This document shows, one piece after another, positions 52,196-62,308 of a stretch of DNA of 64,000 bases (within the stretch, counting starts at the first letter, position 1; each line of letters starts with the position of its first letter). Below the pieces are notes generated by a model. It was not told where the DNA came from, did no database searches, and saw only the letters and a list, made by a program, of their open reading frames with translations. The translations under genes and the position numbers were made by a program. Origin of the DNA: Gemmatimonadales bacterium (GTDB lineage Bacteria > Gemmatimonadota > Gemmatimonadetes > Gemmatimonadales > GWC2-71-9). Location: assembly GCA_039934355.1 (NCBI GenBank), contig JBDTMI010000008.1, positions 3,012 through 67,011 on the forward strand. The letters are read 5' to 3'.

Positions 52196-52225
52196 ACGCT
52201 CAATGCTGAACGCTGAACGCTGACT
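52184..52225. repeat. Heptanucleotide repeat (GCTGAAY family, 6 units)
   Basis: The array reads gctgaat gctgaac gctcaat gctgaac gctgaac gctgact. It contains the GH94 stop codon (52193-52195). Confidence 0.9.
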
Positions 52226-52235
52226 GGAGTCCCCA

Positions 52236-53330
<1,095 letters not shown>

Positions 53331-53353
53331 CCGGCGCCGGTACCGGTACTAGC

Positions 53354-54172
53354 TCAATTGCACTGACTGTATTCCTTCCCGTCGGCGGTGATGATCGGAT
53401 ACCCGTTGGAGTTGCGGGTGACGGACATGCGGACCGGCTGCATCCCCTGTCCCGCATCGAGATACAGCTGACCGCCCTGGACCTGCCACTGCACCACGCT
53501 GCCCCCCTGCGACTGACTGTACACGCTTCCGGTGCCGACATTTCCCCCGCCAAACTGATTCACCGTGCCACCTTCGGCGTTGGTATTCACCGCCAATCGG
53601 CCGTCGGCGTAGAACACATTGCGCGAGGTGTGGGTCGCGCCGCTGGTCTGGCTGTAGGTGAAGCTGCACCAGGGCGAGCTGAGCAGGAGCTGGCGAACCT
53701 GCTGATCCTGCGGAGTGCCGCCGCCCGCTGCGGGCACCGGGGCCTGCCCCCGAGGCGGTGTCGTCGCGAGCGGACCAGTGGAATTCGGGGCGGGCGGCGC
53801 CGTCGCCACTCGACTGCTGCGGGTGAACCGAAGTTCCTTCGCCGCCGAGAGGTTGGGCGCGCCATCCTGACCCAGCTCGATCAGTGCGACGATGAGCGTC
53901 ATTCCGTCCAGCTCGGCGGTAAACATCGCCCGGGTCTGCCCCATGATGGCCTGCCCGACAAGATCGCCCTCCTCGACCTTCGCCTCCAGCTGGATCACCG
54001 TTCCGTTGCCCGAGAGCGTCCCGGTCGTCCGCCCGCCGGCCACCTGTGTCAGCGCAATGGTCAGCACCGCACCGTTGGGTGCCTGCATGGTGTACGTGCC
54101 GGTGAACTGCTGGGCGGAGGCCGGTGTGGCCAGCACGAGAAGGAGCACGGCAAGGCGACCTGGAATCCGCAT
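53354..54172 (-). CDS. Hypothetical secreted protein
   Basis: The signal peptide is MRIPGRLAVLLLVLATPASAQQ, followed by a Pro/Ala-rich linker. I recognised no family. Confidence 0.45.
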   Translation of the reverse strand: MRIPGRLAVLLLVLATPASAQQFTGTYTMQAPNGAVLTIALTQVAGGRTTGTLSGNGTVIQLEAKVEEGDLVGQAIMGQTRAMFTAELDGMTLIVALIELGQDGAPNLSAAKELRFTRSSRVATAPPAPNSTGPLATTPPRGQAPVPAAGGGTPQDQQVRQLLLSSPWCSFTYSQTSGATHTSRNVFYADGRLAVNTNAEGGTVNQFGGGNVGTGSVYSQSQGGSVVQWQVQGGQLYLDAGQGMQPVRMSVTRNSNGYPIITADGKEYSQCN

Positions 54173-54181
54173 GCGTATCAC

Positions 54182-54496
54182 CTATTTGGCGAAGACCTTG
54201 GCACTACGGGGCTGGACAAACACCTTGTCGCCGTGCGAAAGCCCGAGTTCCTCGAACTTGGCGCGAGGAATCTCCGCTTCGATCACCTGGCCGTCTTCCA
54301 CCTGATCCAGGGTAACCCGCTAGGAGGCCATCACCCGCGGCGCCGTCGCCGAATGCCAGAAGCTCTCCCAGCCGAGGCCCATGCTCTTCACAAAAATCGT
54401 GGAGAGAGGGATCAGGACAAGCAAGCTCAAGTAGGCAGTCGTCAGCCCAAGCGAGAGGCCGAATCCCGGCAGGGTCCGGTGGGGTCGTCCGTTCAT
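54182..54496 (-). pseudogene. cysT: Remnant of a sulfate ABC transporter: cysT N-terminus (58 codons, in-frame TAG) fused in frame to a cysA C-terminal TOBE fragment
   Basis: My own translation gives [58 protein letters not shown], then TAG, then RVTL, which is CysT/CysU-like up to that point. It continues directly as DQVEDGQVIEAEIPRAKFEELGLSHGDKVFVQPRSAKVFAK and a stop, which is the CysA C-terminal type. Confidence 0.7.
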
Positions 54497-55596
54497 ACGC
54501 TGACATCGACAGCAACTCTGTGCCAGGCGGTGTTGGTGTAACCCTTCACGTTCCACACCTCGGCGAGCTCTGCCGGTTGGCAATGACCCGCCTGGTCCCA
54601 GGCGCGGGCTACCAGCATCTGCTGTCCTGGCCGGAGGTGCATCGCCGCCCGCCAGAAGGTCCAGCTCCAGGCCCCACCGGATTCCTCCAGCACGGCATTC
54701 ACCCAGGTCGCGCCGTTGTCCGGGGAAACCTCCACCCGCGCCACCCGCTCAGCAGCACCACCGAAGGCCCACCCGGTGGCCTCAACGAGTCCGGGAGCGA
54801 CGCGCGATCGCGCCTCGGGCGAGACGATCACGGCGTTGAGTGGAACCGTGCCTAGCGCTTCCCCCGCGGCGACGCTGCGCGGATTGTCAGGATCGGGCTC
54901 CCGGAGGACGCGGTACGCCTCCGTCTGGAAATAGTTGGTCGACGGTTGGGCCTCTACCACGATCTCGCCCAGCCACTTCACGCTCCGTGCCCCGATGTAA
55001 CCGGGCACCACGGCGCGGAGGGGATATCCATGAGCCGGCGGCAGTGCCTCGCCATTCAGATCGAAGGCAAGCAGCGCCTCGGGAGCCATGGCCTTCTCCA
55101 GCGGGATGGAACCGCCGAAGCCAAACAGGCGATCATGCCGCGAGACCTGGTCGAGGCCGGTGAACGCCACATGGCGCGCCTCATCCGTCGCTCCGGCGGC
55201 CATCAGCACATCGCGTAGCGCCACGCCGCTCCACCAGCCGTTGCTGATCGCATCGGCACCCCAGAGCAGTTCCCCCGGCACCGGTCGATGCGCTACCAGC
55301 TCGGCCCGGCGGAGTCCGGCGCAGACCAGTGTGGCCGCCAGGTCATGCCTGAGGAACTGCTGCCGCAAGTCGCTGAGCGACAGCTCGAGCGGCCGGCGTA
55401 CCAGGCCTCGAACCCGCAGTCGCCAGGTCAGCGGATCGATCTCGGGCGTCGGGGCGTGACTCCGAATGAAGAAGAGCGAGGCCGGGGTGACCTGGTGCTC
55501 GCGGAGCAGCGAGGGTGGCGGCCCCGCATTCCACTGCTCCGGATCCTTCACTACGAGTCGCGAGTCCTTGCCGGGAAGCGCCGGGTTCAGTGTCAT
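54493..55596 (-). CDS. Sulfite-oxidase-family molybdopterin oxidoreductase (no signal peptide, no heme domain)
   Basis: [14 protein letters not shown], the Mo-ligand Cys motif [28 protein letters not shown] and a C-terminal dimerisation (Ig-like) domain are present. The start is taken at MTLNPALPG. Its stop overlaps the cysT-remnant ATG (ATGA). Confidence 0.85.
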   Translation of the reverse strand: MTLNPALPGKDSRLVVKDPEQWNAGPPPSLLREHQVTPASLFFIRSHAPTPEIDPLTWRLRVRGLVRRPLELSLSDLRQQFLRHDLAATLVCAGLRRAELVAHRPVPGELLWGADAISNGWWSGVALRDVLMAAGATDEARHVAFTGLDQVSRHDRLFGFGGSIPLEKAMAPEALLAFDLNGEALPPAHGYPLRAVVPGYIGARSVKWLGEIVVEAQPSTNYFQTEAYRVLREPDPDNPRSVAAGEALGTVPLNAVIVSPEARSRVAPGLVEATGWAFGGAAERVARVEVSPDNGATWVNAVLEESGGAWSWTFWRAAMHLRPGQQMLVARAWDQAGHCQPAELAEVWNVKGYTNTAWHRVAVDVSV

Positions 55597-55756
55597 AGTC
55601 GAGCCTGCTCCTGCGGGGGAAAGGGAGGACGGACCGCCAGGCGTACCCGCAGCCTCGGAGGCATTGGCGATGCCGCGCCAGACCAAAATAGCCGGGCGCC
55701 CCCATTCCATGTCCTGTCGATCCGCCGTCGGAGTCGCCATCTGCCTATCGGCTTGC

Positions 55757-56010
55757 ACACGCATTCCTTGGCCGGCGCATCATTCCCACCCGCCTGACGC
55801 AGGGCATACGCCCACGCCGCGAGGTAGTTCCACCGGGCGCCGCTCGAGGTCTTCGGGTTGGGCGAGATCACCGAAACCCCCGGCCGGATGAGGTCGTTTC
55901 AGTCCTTCGATCTGCACGACGTGCCCTTCATAAATCACCAGTTCCACCGAGCCGAAGCGAAGGCCCTGCATGGCGCGGCGGAGATCGGGGAGCGCGTCTT
56001 CGAAAACCAC
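55757..56010 (-). pseudogene. YezD-like (DUF2292) reading frame running without a stop into a frameshifted fragment of a sulfate-binding protein (sbp/cysP)
   Basis: Frame 1 reads [40 protein letters not shown] (YezD-like). The next frame reads [36 protein letters not shown], which matches the conserved internal Sbp motif, but the N- and C-terminal parts of Sbp are absent. Confidence 0.55.
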
Positions 56011-56082
56011 GTCTAATGCGCCGAGTTAGGCTAGTGATCTGATACGGTACTAGTGGAATCACCATGCCGCAGTGGGCACGAA

Positions 56083-56511
56083 TCAGCCGACCCGGTGCCG
56101 CCGCCGCGCCAGCGACGCGATCGAGGTGTGGTCCAGGATCCGGGCGGTGGCGTCCCGCACATCCTTCATGGCCAGCCGAACTCCGCATGTGGCCTCGTCT
56201 TCGCAGTCCTCACAGGCAACGTACGCCGTCTGGCTGGCGCAGGGGACCGGAGCCAGTGGACCGTCAAACAGCCGCACCACCTGCCCCACTGTGATCTGCT
56301 TCGGATCCCGGGACAGCCGGTAGCCGCCGCCCTTTCCCTTGCGACTTTGCAACATGCCCGCGTTGCGCAGGCTCAGCAGAATCGCCTCCAGGAACTTGGC
56401 CGGGATGTGCTCCTGCTCCGCCAGGTCGCCAATCCGGACCGGTTCCTCAGAGGTATCCTCGGCAAGGGCCAGCAGCGCCTTGATCGCGTACTTGGATTTC
56501 TTCGATAGCAT
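56083..56511 (-). CDS. Rrf2-family transcriptional regulator with a four-Cys cluster
   Basis: MLSKKSKYAIKALLALA is the winged-helix start. CASQTAYVACEDCEDEATC is a possible Fe-S ligand set. Confidence 0.9.
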   Translation of the reverse strand: MLSKKSKYAIKALLALAEDTSEEPVRIGDLAEQEHIPAKFLEAILLSLRNAGMLQSRKGKGGGYRLSRDPKQITVGQVVRLFDGPLAPVPCASQTAYVACEDCEDEATCGVRLAMKDVRDATARILDHTSIASLARRRHRVG

Positions 56512-56547
56512 CGGAGCGATTCGGACGGGGTGAGCGGGGAAGTTAAA

Positions 56548-56631
56548 GCCGTCAGCCGTCAGCCGTCAGCCATTGGGAAGAGGCCGTTGGCGGTTGCCCA
56601 TTAGCCGTTGGCCGTTGGCCGTTGGCCGCTT
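56548..56631. repeat. Heptanucleotide repeat, 12 units in a single register (GCCGTCA/GCCGTTG family)
   Basis: The array reads gccgtca x3, gccattg, ggaagag, gccgttg, gcggttg, cccatta, gccgttg x3, gccgctt. It lies in the divergent Rrf2/ALDH intergenic region. Confidence 0.9.
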
Positions 56632-56684
56632 CATATTCCCAGCCACTTGTCCGCTGTCACCGGCCACCTGCCACCTGATTCCTC

Positions 56685-58172
56685 ATGCCCTCCCCCTCCC
56701 GCATCCTCATTGACGGCCACTGGCGCACTGTCACCGACCGACCCAGCCGACCGATCCACAATCCTGCCACCCTGGATGTCGTGGGCATCGCGACCGACTG
56801 TGGCGCCGCCGAGGTCGATACGGCGGTTCAGGCGGCGGTGCGGGCCCAGCGGGGTTGGTGGAAGGTGCCGGGTGTCGAGAAGGCGAAACTGTTGCATGAA
56901 GTGGCAACGAAGATCCGGACTCGGGAAGCGGAGCTGTCAACGCTGCTCACGCGCGAGACCGGCAAACCATTGATCGAAAGCGTCGACTGCATCGACTGGG
57001 TCGCGGCCTGCTTCGACTATTACGCCGAGGTGGGACGGCAGAGCTACGGCAATTCAGTGCCACCCGTGGCGCCGCATCAGCTGAACTTCACCATCAAAGA
57101 GCCCTTCGGCGTCGTTGCGGCAATCGTGCCGTTCAACTTTCCGCTGCTTCTCATGGCGTGGAAGGTTGCTCCAGCCCTCGCCGCGGGAAACACCCTCGTC
57201 TGCAAGCCACCACACCAGAACCCGCTCTCCAACCTCCTCCTGGCGCAGTGCTATGACGGTCTCCCTGCCGGCGTCGTCAACATCATCACCGGTGGTGCCG
57301 AGACTGGGGAGCTGCTGGTGCGCCACCCGAAGGTGGACTGCATCGCGTTCACCGGGTCGGTGGCGGCGGGCCGGAAGATCGCGGCCCAGGCCGGGCACGA
57401 CCTCAAGAGGGTGAACCTCGAGCTCGGGAGCGTCGACCCTTTCATTGTATTCGCCGATGCCGACCTCGACGTCGCGGTCGAGGGTGTGGCCTGGGCCCGG
57501 CTCCTCAACGCCGGCCAGGTTTGCACCTCCGCCAAGCGGATCTACCTGCTGGCGCCCATCGCGGAGGAGTTTACCCGACGTCTGGTCGCCCACATGAAGA
57601 CAATCATCGTTGGTGACCCCATGGACCCCGCCACCGATGTCGGCCCGATGATCTCCGAGGAGGCCGTGGCGCTGGTCGAACGCCAGGTGGCCGAGGCGGT
57701 GAAGCAGGGCGCGCGCGTGCTTGTGGGTGGGAAGCGGATGCAAGCACCGGGGCTGGCCGGCCACTATTTCCAGCCGACCATCCTCACCGATGTGCGGCAC
57801 GGGACCCTGCCAACGACAGAGGAGATCTTCGGCCCGGTCATCAGCCTCACCGTGGCGCCGAACGACGACGACGCGATCGCCATGGCCAACGACTCGGAGT
57901 TTGGCCTCGGCGCAAACGTCTACACCCGGAGCCTCGAACGGGCCATGAAGTCGATGGAGTTCATCAAGGCGGGGACGTTCTGGATCAATGACCCGCTGTC
58001 GGACAACGACGCGGCACCCTTCGGCGGCATGCGGCACAGCGGGATCGGACGAGAGCTGGGCGAGGAGGGGCTCGACGCCTTCCGTGAGCCCAAGCATGTG
58101 CATCTGGACTATCTGATGGAGCGGAAGGCCTACTGGTTCCCCTACCGCGATCGGCCGCTGCCGCACCGGTAG
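56685..58172 (+). CDS. NAD(P)-dependent aldehyde dehydrogenase family protein
   Basis: FGVVAAIVPFNFPL, FTGSVAAGRKI, NLELGS (catalytic Glu region), NAGQVCTSAKR (catalytic Cys) and the EEIFGPV motif are present. Confidence 0.9.
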   Translation: MPSPSRILIDGHWRTVTDRPSRPIHNPATLDVVGIATDCGAAEVDTAVQAAVRAQRGWWKVPGVEKAKLLHEVATKIRTREAELSTLLTRETGKPLIESVDCIDWVAACFDYYAEVGRQSYGNSVPPVAPHQLNFTIKEPFGVVAAIVPFNFPLLLMAWKVAPALAAGNTLVCKPPHQNPLSNLLLAQCYDGLPAGVVNIITGGAETGELLVRHPKVDCIAFTGSVAAGRKIAAQAGHDLKRVNLELGSVDPFIVFADADLDVAVEGVAWARLLNAGQVCTSAKRIYLLAPIAEEFTRRLVAHMKTIIVGDPMDPATDVGPMISEEAVALVERQVAEAVKQGARVLVGGKRMQAPGLAGHYFQPTILTDVRHGTLPTTEEIFGPVISLTVAPNDDDAIAMANDSEFGLGANVYTRSLERAMKSMEFIKAGTFWINDPLSDNDAAPFGGMRHSGIGRELGEEGLDAFREPKHVHLDYLMERKAYWFPYRDRPLPHR

Positions 58173-58184
58173 CTCGACGCGAGG

Positions 58185-61100
58185 TCAGGGCGAGACTGCG
58201 GTACCCTCAGGGGAGGGCCAGTCATGCGCCTGCGTCCCCAGTCCCCCCAGGTTGCGCAGCGCCACCGGCAGGAGAAACAGCGTCACCAGGGTGGACAAGG
58301 AGAGGCCGCCAATCACTGCGATGGCCAGCGGCCGCTGCAGGTCGGCGCCGGCACCGATGCCGAGCGCCAGCGGAAGCAGTCCGGTGAGGGTGCAGACGGT
58401 CGTCATCAGGATGGGACGAAGCCGGAGCTGGCCGGCCTGGATCAGCGCCTCGTCCACCGGGAGTCCGCTCTCGCGGAGTCCGCGCGCGGCATCGAGGAGA
58501 ATGATCCCGTTCTTCACCACGAGACCGACGAGCAGGATCAGCCCCATGAAGCTGGAGACATTGAAGGGGATGCCGGCGAGCACCAGCCCGAGCAGCGCAC
58601 CGGAAAGCCCGAGCACCGAACCACCAAGAATCAGGAGCGGCCCGCGCAGGTTGCCAAACTGAATCACCATCACGAGCAGGACGGCGCCGGCGGCGAGTCC
58701 AAAGACCAGCAGCAGCTGGTGAAACGAGTCCCGCTGCCCCGCCTCCTGCCCGCCGTACTCGAGGGTCGTGCCGGCCGGCAGGGGCACACCGGCGAGCCTG
58801 GCGCGGATTTCTCCCATGACACTGCCGAGGCTCGAACTGCCGGCATTCACCGCCCCGGTGACCAGCACCAGCGGTCGCAGATTTTCCCGAAGCAGTTCGC
58901 TGACCTCCGCTGTCTCGGTCACCGTACCGAGGGAGGCGAGTGGTGCCCATCCCGTCGGCCCCACAATCGGGAGCCGCCCCAGCACCTCCCGATCGTAACG
59001 AATGGCATCCGGCATCCGCACCCGGATCGGCACCAGCCGGTCGGGCTCGCGGATCGCGCCGGCCTCCACGCCGAAAAGCGCCGCACGCGCCTGAGCGGTG
59101 ACCTCGGTCGCCGTGAGCCCGAGCCGGGCGACCCGACCGGGATCCAGCGTCACGGTGAGTCCGGGCAAGTCACCCACCACGCCATCGAACAGATCCTCGA
59201 GGCCTGGCGTTCCCTCAATGGCTCCAGCGACAGTTTTCGCGGCCACTTCCGCGGTGCGGACGTCGGGATGAAAGAGCTTGAGCTCGACCGGGTCGGGCGA
59301 ACCGGTGAGGTCGCCCAGCAGATCGGCTTGAACCTGGTGGAACTCGACTCGGAGCGCCGGCATCGTCCCCTCGATCCGCACCCGCAGCCGATCCATCACG
59401 TCGTAGACCGAGGCATCCCGCTTGCCGAGCGGCTTGAGCAAGATGGTCATGTCGCCGCTGTTCGGGGTGGTGGCAAAGAGGCCCAGCTCCGCGCCGGTCC
59501 GGCGGGTAAAGGCGGCGATGGCGTCATCCGCTTTCAGGATGCGCTCGAGCGCGTGCAGCTGCTGGTCCGTCTCGGCGAGCGAGCTCCCCGTCGGCGTCCA
59601 GTAGTCGAGAATGAAGCCGCCCTCGTCCATGTCCGGCAGAAAACCGGTCTCCAGTACCTGGTACAGGCCTCCGCCGAGCACCAGCATTGCGGTTGTCACT
59701 GCCGGAACCACCCACCGTCGGGCGAACATCCGCCGGAGCACCCCCGCGTACCATGACTGCAGGCCTCCGAGCCGAAGCTGGAACCAGGCATGGTGCGCCG
59801 CCCCGACGCGGCGGCCACGCTCCAGCACAACCCCGGCAAGCGCTGGGATGACGGTGACCGCATAGACCAGCGAGAGGAGGACCGCGACAGCAAGGGCCAG
59901 CGAGAAGGAGTGAAAGAATTCTCCGACGACGCCGCTGAGCAGCCCCAGCGGCAGGAAGACGACCACGGTCGTGATCGTGGAGCTGGCGACGGGGGCCAGA
60001 ATCTCGCCGACCGCCGTTTCAATGACGCCTGCCGGAGCCTCGCCCGGATACGCCGCGAGCCGTCGCTCGATATTCTCGATCACGACCACCGCATCATCGA
60101 TGATCAGCCCGACCGCGACCGCCAGCCCGCCGAGGGACATCAGGTTGAGCGAATCGCCGAACAGCGCCAGCCCGGCGAAGGCGCCCAGCAGGGAGAGCGG
60201 CAGGGACACCGCGGCGACGGCCGTCATCCCCGCCTGCCCCAGGAAGAGGAGCAGGGTGATGATCGCCAAGACGCCGCCGATCAGCATCGCGTCGCGCACG
60301 CTCGCGATCGACTCCCGCACCAGCGCGCCGAGGTTGTACACCGGTTCCAGCCGGATGCCGGCCGGCAGCAGCGGCCGGAGCGAATCCACCGTCGCCATCA
60401 CCGCCGATTCGACCGAGAGCATGCTGCCGTCCGGCTGGCGCGACACATTGATGAGGGCAGCGGGCTCACCATTGCCGCTGGCCAGCTCGAACTGATCTTC
60501 GGTTCCGTAGCGCACCGAGCCCAGCTCGCGTACCCGGAGTGGCGCGCCGCCCTGGGCCCGCAGGACGAGATTGCCGACCGCCTCGGGCGTGGCTGCCAGG
60601 CTGGTGACCAGTACGCCGACCTGTCGGTACTCCCGATCCACCCGGCCGGCGGCGATGATCGTATTTGCGTCGCGCAGCCGGTCGGCGACCTCCGCCGCTC
60701 CGATGTGATTGGCGCTCAACCGCGCCGGATCGAGCTGGACCGACACCTCCCGCACCAGCCCGCCCTGGATCTCCACGTTGCCGACATCCGCCAGTCGCGC
60801 GAGCCGGGGCCGGATGGTGTACTGCGCCAGGTCCCGCAACTGCACCGGATCCCCGCCCACCAGCTCGAATTGCAGCATTGGGAAGACCGACGGGGTGAGC
60901 CGCTCGGCAGTGAGCTGGAGTCCGGCAGGGAGATCGGGCTGCAGTGACGCGAGGCGGCCCTGCACCTGTTGCAGCACGAATGGCATGTCCGCGCCGGCGC
61001 GGAAATCGAGATTGAGTTCGGCGGCGCCACGCACCGTGCGGCTCCGCACCCGGCGCAGGTCGATCACCCCGATCAGCGCCTCTTCCAGCGGTCGGGTGAC

Positions 61101-61286
61101 GGCGACGACCATGTCGCGCGGCTCGAAGGTGCCGCCATTCGCCAGGACGACAATCCGGGCGAACTCCGCCTCGGGATAGATCCCCGCCGGCAGCTGCGTC
61201 GCGGCATACCCACCCCCCAGCGTGAGCAGCAGCGCCGCGAGGCCGACCGCGACACGCTGCCGCAGAACGAGTCCCGCCAGCGTCAC
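58185..61286 (-). CDS. RND efflux transporter permease (AcrB/CzcA superfamily)
   Basis: 1033 aa with a 12-TM pattern and two large periplasmic loops. The motif GLIIDDAVVVIENI is present. The GTG start overlaps the stop of the adaptor gene. Confidence 0.9.
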   Translation of the reverse strand: MTLAGLVLRQRVAVGLAALLLTLGGGYAATQLPAGIYPEAEFARIVVLANGGTFEPRDMVVAVTRPLEEALIGVIDLRRVRSRTVRGAAELNLDFRAGADMPFVLQQVQGRLASLQPDLPAGLQLTAERLTPSVFPMLQFELVGGDPVQLRDLAQYTIRPRLARLADVGNVEIQGGLVREVSVQLDPARLSANHIGAAEVADRLRDANTIIAAGRVDREYRQVGVLVTSLAATPEAVGNLVLRAQGGAPLRVRELGSVRYGTEDQFELASGNGEPAALINVSRQPDGSMLSVESAVMATVDSLRPLLPAGIRLEPVYNLGALVRESIASVRDAMLIGGVLAIITLLLFLGQAGMTAVAAVSLPLSLLGAFAGLALFGDSLNLMSLGGLAVAVGLIIDDAVVVIENIERRLAAYPGEAPAGVIETAVGEILAPVASSTITTVVVFLPLGLLSGVVGEFFHSFSLALAVAVLLSLVYAVTVIPALAGVVLERGRRVGAAHHAWFQLRLGGLQSWYAGVLRRMFARRWVVPAVTTAMLVLGGGLYQVLETGFLPDMDEGGFILDYWTPTGSSLAETDQQLHALERILKADDAIAAFTRRTGAELGLFATTPNSGDMTILLKPLGKRDASVYDVMDRLRVRIEGTMPALRVEFHQVQADLLGDLTGSPDPVELKLFHPDVRTAEVAAKTVAGAIEGTPGLEDLFDGVVGDLPGLTVTLDPGRVARLGLTATEVTAQARAALFGVEAGAIREPDRLVPIRVRMPDAIRYDREVLGRLPIVGPTGWAPLASLGTVTETAEVSELLRENLRPLVLVTGAVNAGSSSLGSVMGEIRARLAGVPLPAGTTLEYGGQEAGQRDSFHQLLLVFGLAAGAVLLVMVIQFGNLRGPLLILGGSVLGLSGALLGLVLAGIPFNVSSFMGLILLVGLVVKNGIILLDAARGLRESGLPVDEALIQAGQLRLRPILMTTVCTLTGLLPLALGIGAGADLQRPLAIAVIGGLSLSTLVTLFLLPVALRNLGGLGTQAHDWPSPEGTAVSP

Positions 61287-62308
61287 GGTGCCGCCTGACG
61301 CAGCGTTACCCGGCTGCTGTCCGGGAGGCCGTACGCGCCCGCCGTGACGATGACCTGGCCTGCCACAAGGTCACCGGTGATTTCCGCTCGTCCCGCCTGC
61401 CGCGCACCCACCACCACCGGATGCCCCCGAACGATCGAATCCGGTCCCAGCACGAAGACCTGAAATGCGTTGCCCACGAGTACCAGCGCCGAGTCAGGCA
61501 CCACGAGCACGCCGCGCCGCGTTTCGACCGAGACCCGGGCTTCCGCCGACGACCCCGACCGGAGCCTGCTCCCGCTCCCAGTGACCCGGACGAGCACCTG
61601 GGCGGCGTTCGTCATGGTATCAACGGAGGGCGCGATGGCCTGGATGCGACCATGTTCCACTGTCGCGCTGCCCTCCACCGTGATGGCCGCGAGTTGTCCC
61701 ACGCGGAGCAGGCCGAGGTCCGCGGCCGGAACCGCCGCCACGAGATCGAGCGTCCCGTCGTCCACCACGGCCGCGAGCCCCTGGCCCGCCGCCACCCGCT
61801 CCCCCGGTTGCACCAGCACCTGCGCCACAATCCCGGAGAGCGGCGACACCAGATTGCCTCGCACCAGAAGCGCCTCCGCGGCGCGTGCGGCCGCTTCCGC
61901 CGCCGTCGCCACCGCCTCCTGCTCCTCGACACTCCGCCGGCTGGTGATCCCCTCACTCAGCAGACGCCGCTGACGCACCGCGTTGGCGGTGGCGGCATCG
62001 GCCTGGGCCCGCAGCGCCGCGGCCTGGCCAGCGAGTTCCGGCGCATCGAGTTCGACCAGCACCTCGCCCCGGCCAACGCGGTCCCCGACGCTCACCCTCA
62101 CGCGGCGCACCATCGCATCCATTGGCGCGCTTAACGCTGCCGCTCCCCCGGGCGCCGGGAGGAGCCGGCCCACCACGGTCAGCGTCCTGGAGATCGTATC
62201 ACTGCGCAGGGTATCCAGCACGACCGGAACGATCAGTGCTGCGGGTTCCCCGTCACCGGCACCCCCACCGCAACCAACCAGCAACAGGAGGAGGCAGCGG
62301 AGTTTCAT
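61283..62308 (-). CDS. RND efflux periplasmic adaptor (membrane fusion protein), lipoprotein
   Basis: The lipobox is MKLRCLLLLLVGC, followed by a biotinyl-lipoyl-like segment (GDRVGRGEVLVELD) and a coiled-coil hairpin. The start is set by the ATGA overlap. The ORF-track N-terminal 200 codons are rejected. Confidence 0.85.
   Translation of the reverse strand: MKLRCLLLLLVGCGGGAGDGEPAALIVPVVLDTLRSDTISRTLTVVGRLLPAPGGAAALSAPMDAMVRRVRVSVGDRVGRGEVLVELDAPELAGQAAALRAQADAATANAVRQRRLLSEGITSRRSVEEQEAVATAAEAAARAAEALLVRGNLVSPLSGIVAQVLVQPGERVAAGQGLAAVVDDGTLDLVAAVPAADLGLLRVGQLAAITVEGSATVEHGRIQAIAPSVDTMTNAAQVLVRVTGSGSRLRSGSSAEARVSVETRRGVLVVPDSALVLVGNAFQVFVLGPDSIVRGHPVVVGARQAGRAEITGDLVAGQVIVTAGAYGLPDSSRVTLRQAAP

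Noticed and set aside
54320-54322. The in-frame TAG in the cysT-like frame as programmed read-through or recoding.
   Set aside because: The downstream in-frame sequence switches within four codons to a CysA C-terminal fragment, so the locus is a deletion remnant. A nonsense mutation in a pseudogene is the simpler explanation.
55780-56010. A 76-aa ORF as an intact small gene downstream of the Rrf2 regulator.
   Set aside because: Only the first 40 or so residues resemble YezD. The remainder is an out-of-frame read of an sbp fragment. It is treated as part of a decayed operon.
56548-56631. The tandem repeat arrays as possible CRISPR arrays.
   Set aside because: The units are 7 nt with no spacers and there are no cas genes. 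They are simple tandem heptamers, not CRISPR.
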